Assembly (NCBI GenBank): GCA_002245135.1
Contig: NGBS01000871.1
Location: forward strand, 310,001-374,000
Direction: 5' to 3'
DNA length: 64,000 nt
Origin: Proteromonas lacertae
Taxonomy: Eukaryota
Under the pieces are notes generated by a model. That model ran no database searches, was not told the DNA's origin, and saw nothing but the letters and a program-made list of their open reading frames with translations. The position numbers and the translations under genes are program-made. Shown piece after piece: positions 14,114 to 27,693 of this stretch. Within the stretch, counting starts at the first letter, position 1. Each line of letters opens with the position of its first letter.

Positions 14114-17100
14114 TCAATGTAAAAACAAAAATTATAAAAAATTGAAGTAATAGTTACGCGTAAATTACATCATTTTCACCATTTCATAGTAAAATTTTAC
14201 TGTTTGAACGATACAACATGAATTCTTATTCTGAACAAAAAATAATTGTAGCATATTATAGAAGCAAATCTCAGACCAAAACGAGATATTTTAGTGTTTT
14301 AAATTTTAAGTATAATAGCTCAACTAGTTTTTACGCTTCCACTGCTGCAGAAAGAGCAACTATTGCATGTGAAACATTTTCCGGTGGAATGAGATTTACA
14401 GAAGAGCATTCTTTAGGGATTAGTGGTGTATAGCTTAATTATGCTATTTTTCACGATAAGAATTTTTAGTGTTTTTTGTGACTTTAAAATGATTTTTCTC
14501 GATAACCATAAAGAATTATGAAACAAAAATTTGCTGAACCTTTTATTATATGTTTAACTTTACTGTAATGTAGTTAGTTTCATAATTACCTGATTTAGGT
14601 AATTTCTTTCTTTTGTAAAACTAATTATATATTATGATAAATAATGATAAAACTTACAATTATTTAAAATTTTATAAAATAATTCCTTTTGCAGCGTTCA
14701 AAAAATAAGGTCAAAGTGTCAAAAATGCGAAAAACTCAGATCGAAACTCACACAAAAGTCGATATTTTGCTCTGGTGTGAGCGAATAAGGAAACCAATTG
14801 AAAAAATATTTCAGAATAAAGAAACATGATTTGAAGAGCAACTTTTAAGCTATTAATAATTGAGAAAGAAAGGGTCGTATTTGGGAATGTAATTCAATGT
14901 AATTGTGATATTATGTGCTTATCCAAATATGGACATATAGGTGAATAGTAATATTGTACTACTTTTTGATAACTCCTGCTAATTAAGGAGATACAAAGAA
15001 TTGTTTTATATTCAGCTGCTATAGCTGTATATTGATATAATTATGAATAATAACATAATAATAACATAATTAAATACAATTATACTTAAATTATTAAATT
15101 AATTCTTTCTTCTTCTCCTTTTCCCTTCTCCTCACTTCAGCTATACTATATCTATATAAATATAATAAAAATATACTTTTATTACTCTTATCAATCTAAA
15201 AAAATATAATTATAAAAATATACCTTTATAAAATTTTATCTATATCACTGCCTTATCCTATATACATATATAAATAATTATAAATATACTAATCTTATAT
15301 TCAAACTGGATATTAACAATTGTCTATTAGAATATAAATATATAGTAAATACAATATTAATTTTATCTATCTTAGAAGTAAATAAGTTATAATCAAACTA
15401 TATAAAACATAAATTTAGAAATTATACCTTAAATAGTATGTATTTTAGCTTCCATTGTTTTATAATTAATATTATCATAAACAATTCTTCACTTTGTTGA
15501 CTTTTTCTATTTTCATTACATATTAATATATATTTATACTTTCCATCACATTTGATATACATATCCATCTCATTTCTCTCAGGATAAGATATTTTGATTA
15601 TTCTATTACCTTCTTTATCTTCATCACTTGTAATTGAGCAATCTATTTATAATAGTTTCATATATATACGAGTTAATAACATCTTTCTTATTGCTATTCT
15701 TTGAGTATAACCACCATTTTTGTTGTTTATATTATTTGCTGAAAGTGTGGTTGATGTTACAGAATAATGGACTAATAATGGTCAATTATTACTAAATAAG
15801 ATTCTAATTCATTTGATTCATCTTGAAAGGATTTTCTTTGAATTGAATTGTAAAATGGTAAAAATAACGTAGTTAAATGAAAGTTTGGTAATATCGAATG
15901 GAATGTTACTCCTTGAAGATGCTATTTAATTATATTATATATAAATCATACATCAACTACTGTATAGATCGCATTATAGTAATCTACTTTAAAATAGAGG
16001 AAATAGTCCTGAATAGGCATTCTACTACAATATAAATTATATATAATCATTATTATACTATAAAATTTCTTTACTATAACATAGTCCTGAGTAAAATACT
16101 CTTCTAACATTTAATAATTTATATATTTAACTATTAGTGGTATGAATATAGAATTTATACATCCACATCGTGAAAAGAATTAAAAAGAATAAATTTTGAA
16201 TTAATTCTAGTCGTTTCATTAGATGCATATATTCGTTTCGGTAATATAGATATAATACACCAAGACCCTATCTTTTTTTGTCTTTTTTATATTTTTTATT
16301 CCTTCAATTATTTTCATGTATATATTTTATTAGACAGATTTTCTGCAATATATCTACAAATGAAAGAATATATTCTTTAATTTTGTTTATTTTCATTATA
16401 TGCGATATTGATAATAACATTAAGTATATCAATTATTATAATTTTGTTTAGCTTCTACAAATTTTTAATTTCAGCTGTGTCTATATTTAATTTATATATA
16501 TTTCAAGAACTGTATAAATAACATCACCAACTGTGTATATATTTCATATAATATACTACTTTCCCCCTTTATATAATATATTTCTGGTTAATTAATTTAT
16601 TTATATAATCTATATAAACAGAGGCTAATTACCTTCTAATACCTTGTTTGTATTTTAGAAAAAAGAAGTATATAGAAAATGGAATAATTTAAAACAATTA
16701 ATTATTAACATTTAGTATTAGCATAGTAAAATGGTATAATTTCATAAAATGGTTGAAATTTTTGTTAAAGGATGTAGGTAAATTGGTAATGATGAAGTAA
16801 AGTAAGATATATTATGAAGTGTATAATTGTACAAATACTTATATAATAAACTTCAACAACAATAGTATTAACAGTTTCATTCATTTATACATCAGCATTT
16901 TGGTATATATTGTAATCAGGGTATATATAATTATCTTCTATATAGTTAATTTCTTCTTCAACATCTTTTACCTTAGATATGGAGAAGAAATGCTGTAATA
17001 TAGTTTTAGTTTCTGAATTATCAACACAAACATCATCTGTAGCTAAAGCAATGTTCAAATTCTTTTTAGTAGAATAGTTTTTTAAGCGAATGCTTTCTTA

Positions 17101-17380
17101 CTTCAGCAAAGTATAAATCATAATCTATATCACTTAAGCTTTTAGGTAAAGGTATATCTTTATAATAACCTATTCTAGCAAACCCATTGTATCCTGATTT
17201 ATCATTACATAGAAATTCACACACATCAAGGATAATTTCACTTCTTGTTTGATGTTTAGGATAAATATCTTCGTATATATTATCTACTTTTAATTGATCC
17301 ATTTTATACTGTTCATTTTTTTTAGTTAAATATACTTTTAAAGAACGATTCATACAGATGAAGTGATCCCACAGAAATAT

Positions 17381-18243
17381 GCTGTTGTACGCCGTTGGGA
17401 GATTTGCGCCGTTGGGAGATAAAAGGGTTTCATATCTTATTCATCTCAGCTGATGTATTTTTGTCTGTAGTAACGATTGAAACAAAAAAATATTGAATGA
17501 AGTAAAATGCGTTTCATATATACAAGGCGGAAGCTTAAAAGAAAATATATCACAGATGTAGCTTATATGCCAAAGTAAGTATATATTTGATTATAACTCA
17601 CTACCAAACCCTCTACTGTCGAATTAGTTTTTAATAAAACCCTTTTATCTCCCAACGGCGCAAATCTCCCAACGGCGTAAAACAATAGCATATGTTGGGT
17701 TAGGTATAGTCAAAGTTAGAGGGTTTGGTAGTGAGTTATAATCAAATATATACTTACTTTGGCATATAAGCTACATCTGTGATATATTTTCTTTTAAGCT
17801 TCCGCCTTGTATATATGAAACGCATTTTACTTCATTCAATATTTTTTTGTTCAATCGTTACTACAGACAAAAATACATCAGCTGAGATGAATAAGATATG
17901 AAAAATTTGATGTTAAGGCAATTAAAAATGGAAAAATAAAAATCGAGTTCAAGCCTCTTTCAAGCCTACTTTTTCAATTTCAATATTATGTATAAAGAAA
18001 TTAAAATTATTATATTCTATTCATCTAAAAACTTTAATTTCGTTTTCTGCTATTGACGTTTAATATGAAGTATAAATATACAATGTTGGATATATAACTG
18101 ATTAACCAGAACTATACGATATACAGCCAACGTAACTTTTTTGAAAAACTAAGTGTATATCTGTGATATTTAGGGGCTCATGGTTACGTATATAACTTCA
18201 ACGTAATCTAAAACCCTTTTATCTCCCAACGGCGTACAACAGC
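17381..18243. mobile_element. MITE/foldback-like non-autonomous element with TIRs and TAT flanks
   Basis: Left end gctgttgtacgccgttgggagat...aaaagggttt (17381-17430). Reverse-complement ends at 18211-18243 and internally at 17637-17679. tat lies on both flanks. Confidence 0.8.
17428..17903. repeat. Near-perfect inverted repeat, ~187-bp arms (17428-17615 and 17717-17903)
   Basis: The arms are reverse complements, with one A-run indel seen by eye. Confidence 0.93.
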
Positions 18244-19297
18244 TATAATTAACTCCACCCGTATGAGGTACTATTATTTCTTCAATATAATGCTTGGTTA
18301 AATCATTTGTTAACCAAGCATTGCTGTTTGCATATATTATTGATTTTGTCATTACTTCATTGTTAACCAAACGTTTTACTTCTTTTCCTTTTATTACAAT
18401 AAAAGGCTTAAGATGGTTGCCTTCAGCTGTTATTGATAAAAGAAATGAGATTCGTTGCTTTTCATTGTTGAAAGACCAAATTGAACTAGATTCTCTTAAT
18501 TTAGATGATTCTAGGGTATAATTTGGTGTAGACTCCATATTAATGGGAGTCTCATCTGTGTTTATAATATTGCTTGGTATGATATTATATTTTAAAGTTA
18601 ATAGTTTAATGCATTTCACCATATTATCTCCAATAAACTCCCAATTTTTAGGTATGTTATCTTTTTTTGATGATGTTATCCTTCTTAGCGATATACCATT
18701 CCTTTTTGTAAAGACTTTTGCCCATGACAAACTATAGCTAATCTTTCCATTATCCTTAAAATCAGATTCTTCAGCTAAAACTTTTGCTACCATTGATACT
18801 GTAGTATGATGTACAGGTATACCTAAATATCTTAAAGTAAAAATATAATTGAGTAAAGTTAAGTCAAATAGAAGAGAAGTTTCCCGTTTTCTTCCTGCAC
18901 CTGGTCTTTTACCATTCGATCTTAATAAAACTTCTTCATCTGTTAAATTTAAGTACTTACATATGTTTTCATAAGGAATGTCCATTTTCTCAGATAATTC
19001 TCTTCTTGTATAGAACTTTAACTGATTTCTGATGAACATTAATGTCGAAAGAAGCACTGTAACAACTAGAGATAATGGGTATATGATTTTAAAATTAATT
19101 GTAATTTTAAATATGAAATTATTTGGGTATTTAGTTATAAAAGAGTAAATTTAAATTTTATAATAAATCAATTAAAAAATATTTTCGCACACCCATTTAT
19201 TCAAAAATTCTATTTAATTCGTAACTTGAAAGTAAGTCAAAATTACATAATTTCATATTTTATTATATATTTATAAAGATGAACAATATTGTAATTC

Positions 19298-19470
19298 ATT
19301 TATATAAATGAACAATATCAAAGAGATGATCAGATTTAAGATGAGCAAACTCCAAATGTAATTTCTCAATAAGTGTAAAAGCTTTATCAGTTGTTATGAT
19401 CTCTTTTCCTTTGCATGTAAGTTTACCATCAGTTTCATTGAATTCAAAACCTTTATGCTTGTAGTCTCTT
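19298..19470 (-). pseudogene. Possible remnant of an integrase N-terminal His-His zinc-binding region
   Basis: Translates GFEFNETDGKLTCKGKEIITTDKAFTLIEKLHLEFAHLKSD, similar to the H-x4-H half of Gypsy/Ginger HHCC domains. No downstream Cys pair is seen. Confidence 0.3.
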
Positions 19471-20172
19471 ATACATTTTATGTATTTGTCAAATTTCTTT
19501 TGTGTGAAATTGAAGAACGTTTCTTATTTTTCACTAATTCTTCAATACTCTCAAAAAAGATTACTTTATGATTTTATTCAAGAGTATCTTTAATATCATG
19601 CTTATCAGATAACCTATATGAAAGATAAATTAGCTATATATTATGTATAAAATAGATTATATAAATAGATAATAAAACGGTCATATATATATGGTGTTTT
19701 TAATTTGTGTTTTTGATTCTTGTTTTTGATTGTTTCTGTAAAAAACCAAACACCAATACAAAAAACAAATGGTAACAAATTTAACCATGATAATAATTGA
19801 TTAGAATAATTCATTTGATTAGAATTATTATACCAAACTTAACTCACTATTTGCTGTTGATACTATATCTTCAATTTTATAGTTTATCATTGGAACTAGG
19901 TAAGCCGTTCTTTTATACCTGTGTTAGGCAGGACAGGGTCAGGCCAAGGTCAGGACAGGGACATGACCCGGGACGAAATCAAAAAGGACGTCCTTTGCAA
20001 ATGAAACATACAAAATATTATCTACTTTTTATTTTGAAAATAATTTCAATTTAAGGATTATATTACCATATATTTTCATTATAATTTTTGAATTTATTAT
20101 TAATTAATTTTATATATAATAAAAAAAACAGTAGAAAGATTATGAATATAATAAATTAATATAATGAATATA

Positions 20173-22262
20173 TTAGAAATAAGGACTTGCTAATATTTCT
20201 TCATCATCTGAAAAACTCTCATCTTCTTCTTCTATTGTTAAGTCTAAAACATTTGATTCAGTTTCTGTATGAATGTAATCTTCATAGTCACTAACTTCTT
20301 CTTCACTACTTTCTTCATCTTCATACTCATAATTATTTTCTCTCATTTTCTGTTTAAAATGATGGAATTTCATTCTCATCATGTTGTTTAGCAATACAAG
20401 ATTTAATCTGTTTCTCCTAGTTGTATGCATACAGCCTTCCACAGAAAAACTCCTTTCAATAAATGCTGAAGATGTTGGTATGGTTTGTAATATATTAAAG
20501 ATTTTTTAAAGATTGGTATAACATGATCTATATGAACTGAAAAATAATTTGCTGCTTATATCTTTCGGACAGGGTTTTATTTATCGGATGTATACCCTAG
20601 GAAACTTGGACTTTAATGATAGCCAGATATTTCCAATGGTTTCAGAGGTGCTGTAATGAATATCATATTGCAAATATTCTTGTACTTCATTTGGCATAAT
20701 TAATCTCTTTCTTTTTACTGCTTTTGCAAGATATTTATCTAATATAGTTTCTTCTAGTGAATATGTTTCTTCGATTTCAGTATATATATAATTCAATGAA
20801 TTAATTAATAAACTTTTAGATTTTTCAAATTCTGAATCGCTAAACCCTAGAGTACTATGAAGAATGAATGATTTCACTCTAGGGTCTAACATGTAGCACA
20901 ACAGAGGCAAATCACTATCATTACATATATTATTTAGTCTTTCTATCATATTAATTTTGATACTCTCAGCATATTCCTGTATCTTTGTTGGATAACCTGT
21001 TTTGAACTCAAATAAAGTCTGTTTATAATGTAATACAGCCATTCCCATAGTCATGTCTCTATCTTCCAATATCTTAGTAAGTTTGTATAATGGTTCGAGT
21101 ATATCACATAGTTTATCTCGAATAACATACGCTATATTGGTAGGGGAAGGGATAAATTTTGGCAACTCATCTTCTTTTGGTTTTATGGCATTAACTATAC
21201 CTATAAGTTTATCTTGGTTATACTGTTTAAGATTGTTTTTGTATTCATTTGTTTTTCTTCATAATATTGATGCAATATTTCTTTACTTTCATAAAATTTC
21301 TTTAACATGATATATAAACTATTCCACCGAGTTGTAGTTAAAGTAGGTATAAATAAAATGAGCTTATTTTTGTTTACGACAGTTCTTAGTTGTTTTCCTA
21401 GATCTACAAATACTTTTACATTAATATCTATAACTCCTCCTTGAACCATAGCCCCATTAATAGCAAGTTGAAGGCTATGGTTCATACATCTTACATTTGT
21501 TACACATGCATCTCTTATACATTTCACCATATTCTTTCCATTGTCTGAAGTAATTGAAGTTATTTCAAATCCATACATTTCTTTTATGAAATTAATTGTG
21601 TCTGTAATTGTGTCTGCCTTTTCATTAACAACTTCTACAACACCAAGTGTTACTGTAACTAATTCAAACAAATCGTTGAAATAACATCCACTAATACCTA
21701 CTAGTTCACTGGAATGCTCCGATTTCCACACTTCTATAGCAAGTCCGACGTGTTTACCATTTAATTCTTTCTTTAATTTATCCTATAAAAATATAAAAAT
21801 AATATACAACAATTTATGTGTTTCTTTTAATTAAAAAGTCATTATATACCACTCTTCTTGGTGGCTTATATCCTAATTTATTGCAGAATCTACGAAAACT
21901 ACTACTGTCTAACACAGTAGTGCTTATATGATCGTAAGTGATGAAATCAAATCAAATAAGCTTTGTTCTATCTCATCATTGTTTATCTTTACATCTTCAT
22001 CTACATAATTATGTGAACTAATTTGGTGAAGTTTGACAGCCTTTCCATTTTTCACGTTACAAGCGTATCGAACACCACAAAATATGCAAATGCATTTATC
22101 AAGGCTTTTTATCTTTAACATATTATACCAAAAGGTTTTGTAGAAGTTAAAATTAAGATGTTCAAGCATATTTGCCTCTTTTAAGGCAATAACTTCACGA
22201 GCCGCTCCAATTGGTATAACTATACTCCTAGAATATATAATGATAGATTATATTAGATACAT
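20173..22262 (-). pseudogene. hAT-family transposase with BED zinc finger, intron-containing, several frameshifts/stops
   Basis: BED finger CIFC...LHQISSH. FRRFCNKLGYKPP. GLAIEVWKS, where the first catalytic Asp position is Glu. ITSDNGKN, RCMNHSLQL, TRWNS, LDPRVK, PTSSAFIERSFS and an acidic tail. Confidence 0.88.
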
Positions 22263-22730
22263 TTATAATAATTTTAAGAAATGATTAATGTCAAGCTAAA
22301 AGTTTGCCATTTTTTCTTTCAAATTTTTATAATCATTCTATACTTTATATTACATATATAACACAATAGAATAACTCATTGGTAAGGTTAGATTCAATTA
22401 TGAAGAAAGAAAAAAGCGCATCGACCGACGGTTAATTCGGTATTTTATAGAATGATATATAGAGCTTGAATTCAATATGTACAGTTAGATAATATTATTA
22501 ATATCACATGTTTAGGAGGAGGTCAGCTAATAGTTACTACAGCCTGGTGTCGGTCAACATTTGTTTATTGACCTACGACCGATTTATACAACCCTGGTAC
22601 ATATGGATTAGACATCTATGATCCTAAATCTAGTTTCAATAAATTTTATGATACTATAGGAGATGATGATGATATAAAGGAATTATCAAAGCCTGTTAAT
22701 CCAAATATAAATGCAACAAAAAACAATTTT

Positions 22731-25700
22731 ATGACTGATGAGATGAAATACAAATTATATATGTCAGGTATCACAGACCAGTTTGGACGATATTATAGGA
22801 ACATAGGTAAGTATAAAAAGCCATACTCAGATTATTATGCTCAACCAGAGAATTTAACATATCAATGGCAAAATCCATTTTTATCTCAAATTGAAGGACA
22901 ACCATTACAACAATGGGGATCACAGTACAATGTAAATTCATATCAGTCCAATCCAAGATGGAATAATAATGCTGGTACAACACAAATAGATCACGAGTAT
23001 GAATTACAGCAAGAAAATGAAATAGTGAAAGCAAGGAATGAAGAATATCAGAGAAAGATAGCAACAATGGAAGAAAGAGAAAAACAATCATTAATTTCAA
23101 AAATTGATAAATATTTCTCAGGTAATACAACATACGATTGGTTGAAATTTGGTGTAAAGTTCTGCTTATGTACTATGACATTAGGTTCTATTTCACAAGT
23201 GTTTGATATACTATTTCCTGATAGTACTGCTGGTGCAATATTAAAGTATTTAGTAAATGCAGGAATAGGATATAGTGGTGTTATGCAATGGATATTTGGT
23301 TTATCTCCAGCATGGGTTAATGCAGCATCTTTTGTATCAATGTTAACTCCTTATTTTGTCAGTTTGGTATACAATCGTTGGAAACAAGTTCCTCCAATGG
23401 ATATGTCGCAATGGATTCATTCTAAGTTAGATAGTATAATGGGTTTCTTTACTACATCACTAAGTAATATATACAATTGGTTCAGAGGTATATTTGGTGC
23501 TACTCCTACAACAACAAATTCGACGAGTGCGCCGGCCACTTCAAATATTCAAGCATCGAATGTTACAACTGCCCCCAGTTATAATAATACAAGTAATAGT
23601 ACTACAACTGGCGCAGGTTATAATAATCAAAGTTCAAATGCTGCAAACTACGCCGGAATGATGGCAGGTGCTGCTGCCGCCACGGCAGCAGCAGCCCAAC
23701 CAACATTCCAAAATAACAATAACAATATAGAAATAGCACAACCAATACAACAACAACAAAGATGTAATGTAGATGCTATTATGGAAAAATTACAACCATT
23801 TTTGATTAATCAATATGATTATGAATCAGTTAAGCAAATGGTTATGAATAATACAAAGCAAGATTTAGAAAATGTATGTAAAAATGTAGGATTGCCATTA
23901 GATATTATATCAAAGTATTCCAGCTATGGTGGAACAATAGATCAATTAGTCATTATTTCAAATATCAATGTGGTCGTAGTGTTCCAGAAGCACTATCAGA
24001 TGTGTGTAATTTAATTAATGGTATGGGTAGTGAATATCATTTATGGCCAAAAGTAAATTATGGTTTATTTGGTATGTCTTTAGATGGATATCCAAAGACA
24101 GGTTCAGGAAGAAGAAAACATGTTCATTTCAAGCATAAGAAACATCACAGAAGAAATAAACTAAAATTAGAGAGTATCCCACGGAGGCATCTCTTGGCTA
24201 CTAAGAAATTAGGTGGTAATAGTGGTATTATACCATTAAGAGTGGGTCAAAGTGTTGGTCCTAATGAGCATGTCATTATTACTAATCCAAGACAACAAAT
24301 GTATGATGTTGCTAGTGCTGCTTATAATGGAACATCACAATTACAGCCAAGTCAAATACCAGAATATATTCAACCATATATACCAAAAGAAACTGTAGGA
24401 TATGATTATAATTGGAATTATGATAAATTATTTAGTCCAGGTTTGAATAGACAAGCTCGAAAAGAAGTTCAATATGCATTAACTAATAATTATGCTTCAA
24501 TGTTACCTAACAATTATCATATTAATTTTTATGATATGCTAGATCGTGAACATAAAACAGGACATTTAAGAGGAACATTCCCATTAGCAACATTAGATAC
24601 ATCTAATCCAAGAAGCTATCTTTTGAACTGGCCTGAATATGTTACAGAAGCAGATGTTCAGGCATATGATAATGGAATGAATAGAGTTACAGATCCTTTG
24701 TTACAAAAATTTCCTAAATTACAAAATTATAAATCATTGCAAGAGATTATAGAAAAGAATCCTCAATTAGCAGCCTATAAAAATTATAGACAAGATTGGT
24801 TGACCTCAACTTGGGATAAATTAACAGGTAATGATAAAGATGCAATAGAATATTATAACAAACTATTACTACAGCAGGAGTATTTGCAAAATGAATTAGT
24901 TGGTGGAGTAAGTAAGATCAATCAATATTCAGATCCATATAATTTTGATCCGAATCGAGCTGAAAAAGTAAAAGAATATATTGCATTGAATAATCAAAAG
25001 GCACAAAGATATATGGACGATAAAGAGATATTAGAAAGATCAAAATTTTATAGATGGGCATTAGATCCAAAAAATCAGGAACTGATGAATAGTGCTATAG
25101 ATATGGGTGAAGGACAGTGTACATTAATTAATGAAGATAAATATAGAGAACTGAATGAAATAGCATCACAGAATAGTAGAGATTTCATTAACTTTGATTA
25201 TAACAGAGAGAAGTTAGGTCACTCACTTCCTCAAGAGTGGGTGAATGCAGATAATAAACAAAAATATGAAATAGCTATTGGTTTAGTGAAAACTGCTTGT
25301 AGTTCATGGGCACAATTTGAAAATTCACAATTTCAAAAAGCACTTGATTCATTACGTGAATCTGATTTTATGGGTTTTGCTGGTAATTTGTTCCTGTGTG
25401 TAGAGAATGTATTTAGGATATTTCCACAAATATACTATACAATGAAGTCATATTTGGTAGGTGGAGTTACTCCTCAAATGTTTGAAGTAGATCATGCAAT
25501 GAAATATGTTCGTGCAATAGTAATGACATGTTTGGCTTATTGGTTATGGAAAAAATCCAAGCTACCAACATCAGAGTTCTTGTATGTAATGTGGTACTTC
25601 ATTTTCGACTACTATGAAATAATTCTTATGCTGTCAGGTGGTAGATTGCCTATCACTGACTTGTATTATGGTAATTCAGAAAAAGTTAAGTCAATGTTAC

Positions 25701-26830
25701 CTGAAGCAATTCAAAAATCATGGTTACCTGTAGACTTGTTGTATAACTTTGGTGTTTCATTTATGTTCAATACTCATCCATATGTTCGATACTTATTTCA
25801 ATTAGTTCCATTCTTCTACAAATTTTCTAATATTGGAAATATAGATGCAAAAAATGTAGGTGATACATTAAAAACAGCAGCAACTGTAGCTGCAGCTGCA
25901 AATGGAGGTGATGCAACAACTGCTGCAGCAGCAGTTAAAGGTATCAGTGAATTATCAAAAGCTATGCCATCAATGGCAAAAACTGCTGTTGCAGCTGATC
26001 CAACAGGTACATTACAAACTGTTGCAGGTATAGGAACAGTATTCAGTGCATTGACTGCTTGTTTTGGTTTGTTAGATGCAGGTGGTTTATTAAACTGGTT
26101 AAAACCAACACCATATCAACACAAGAATGCAATCAAAATGGATAACTACGTGAAACGTTCACAACAAACAATTCCAAGTTCACTCACTAATTTTGGTAGA
26201 GCAGTGAGTAATTTAGATCAAGCAAAACAACTCAGTGAAGCTATGAGTTACTTTGGAATAGGTAATGGAAATAATAAAAAAGTAAAGAAATTAATTTCAC
26301 GTAGGAAAGTTTTGTATAACAGTATCACTTCAGATGCCTTATCGAACTTTGATATAGAGTTAATTGTGAAAAATGAGTTCAATAATTTCCACGGAAAGTT
26401 CATGGGAGTGTTCTGCTGGGACGAGCTTGTACTTCCTATACCCAAAAAGAAGAATCAATGGGGAATCATAATCAATACACTCACCACACAAGCTAGCCCT
26501 GATTCTATAGGTCATTGGGTGGCCTTAGTAGTTGACAATATCAAGAAGCAATTCCTGTACTATGATTCATTTGGTAAAGATCCTCAACACTTGGAAGAAT
26601 TTAAAAAAAATTTGAAAAAATTAAAGAAGTATCATAATGAAAAGTATGAACTTAAAATCAATGGAGTACAGAATCAAAATTCAAATACTGCCAACTGTGG
26701 TTTTTTTGCTATTAATTTTTTGAAAAATATTTTAAGAGATCAATGTAGTTTCAAAAAGGCTACTGACTATAATACAATAGTGGGTGAAGCAAAAATTAGG
26801 TTAATGAAAAAACAATTTGGATTAATATAA
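22731..26830 (+). CDS. Probable single intronless polyprotein (ORFs 22731-24014 and 24002-26830 joined by a -1 shift near 23950) with C-terminal adenain-like (clan CE) cysteine protease
   Basis: Protease domain ~26320-26830: FMGVF, IINT, GHWVAL, YYDSFG and QNQNSNTANCGFF (His, Asp, Gln, Cys). The second frame is open from ~23882 (HYFKYQCGRSVPEALSDVCNLING). The first frame is open upstream to ~22572. Confidence 0.75.
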
Positions 26831-26874
26831 TATATAATATATATAATTATTACTTAATTATTTTTTTAATTATT

Positions 26875-27282
26875 TTATGTGTGGTGAAATATTGTATGAG
26901 TTTCAATATATTCTATCATCTCTAAATCCATATGAGTACATTTGAAGAATATTGGCATCTTACCATTAAAACATCTTTGTGGCATTCTAATGATTACTTT
27001 TTTCATTGTTGGTGTGTATGTAACTTTCGGCCAATCTCTATTTCCTAAGTCACAAGGACCTACAAACACTAATATCAAACGTTGACTCATGATCATGTTA
27101 ATCATTTTGTGTGTTAACTCAAAATACCATTGATATATAGGTTTTCGATGATAAAAAAATATAAGGAATTGTAGGCTATACAAATCCAAGTAGATGTCTG
27201 GACCACTTAAATGATATTTCTTTGTTACCTTGGATTCAAGTTCTGGTAATTTATATTCAATCTGTGGTGGTAGTGTAAGCAT
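26875..27282 (-). CDS. Hypothetical 135-aa protein in the virus-like cassette
   Basis: ATG-initiated intronless ORF with balanced composition, convergent with the protease gene. No recognised motif. Confidence 0.55.
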   Translation of the reverse strand: MLTLPPQIEYKLPELESKVTKKYHLSGPDIYLDLYSLQFLIFFYHRKPIYQWYFELTHKMINMIMSQRLILVFVGPCDLGNRDWPKVTYTPTMKKVIIRMPQRCFNGKMPIFFKCTHMDLEMIEYIETHTIFHHT

Positions 27283-27355
27283 ATATAAAAAATAGAATAT
27301 GCTATATGTATATGTATAATAAAATATTTTTAAAAAAAAGAAATTAAAAAATAAT

Positions 27356-27440
27356 GGGATTACTAATAGTCTGTGCTAGGAATCGAACCACTAATGCCAG
27401 CTGCATGACTCTTTTTTCCTTGCACAGTCTATCAGATCCC
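27356..27440 (-). ncRNA. Candidate 85-nt Pol III-type hairpin RNA
   Basis: GGGATCTGATAGACTGTGCAAGGAA pairs with TTCCTAGCACAGACTATTAGTAATCCC. Contains a consensus B-box GGTTCGATTCC and is followed by a T6 run. Confidence 0.45.
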
Positions 27441-27455
27441 AATTAAATAAAAAAA

Positions 27456-27643
27456 GGGCATTTAGATATACCGTGCCAGGATGATTCAAGCCGAATTTCA
27501 ATGGCGCAATATTAAACAACACACATCCAAGTAGAAATTATTATTAAAGTTCCATAAATTCCTTGTGAAATTAATTTAATAAATAAATAAATAATTATAA
27601 ATTAGAAACGCAGCCCTCATCGTAGCTAGTCTATCCAATGCCC
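27456..27643 (-). ncRNA. Candidate 188-nt Pol III-type hairpin RNA, related to 27356-27440
   Basis: GGGCATTGGATAGACTAGCTACGATGA pairs with TCATCCTGGCACGGTATATCTAAATGCCC. T7 follows directly and there is no internal TTTT. Confidence 0.4.
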
Positions 27644-27693
27644 AATAATAAAAAACAACATATACAATATATAGCATAATAAAAATTTATTCG

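Larger units (their letters stand above)
17066..19057 (-). pseudogene. pogo/Tigger-type (DDE_1) transposase, interrupted at 17381-18243 and decayed
   Basis: GAGRK, CENP-B-like HTH (SLSWAKVFTKRNGISLRR), first catalytic motif INTDETP, ITAEGNHLKPFIV and NAWLT. An IFLWDHF second-Asp-like motif resumes just left of 17381. Confidence 0.8.

Noticed and set aside
14400..17060. Gene(s) in the AT-rich stretch; intron-like signals on the minus strand at ~15500-16300
   Set aside because: Only short broken frames with no assignable motif. Possibly a decayed gene, but unsupported.
19797..20054. 85-aa ORF across the left terminus
   Set aside because: A by-product of the GC-rich terminal repeats, with a non-ATG start.
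27356..27440. Canonical tRNA gene
   Set aside because: It has a T-loop/B-box but folds as one long stem. No cloverleaf or anticodon arm is evident.
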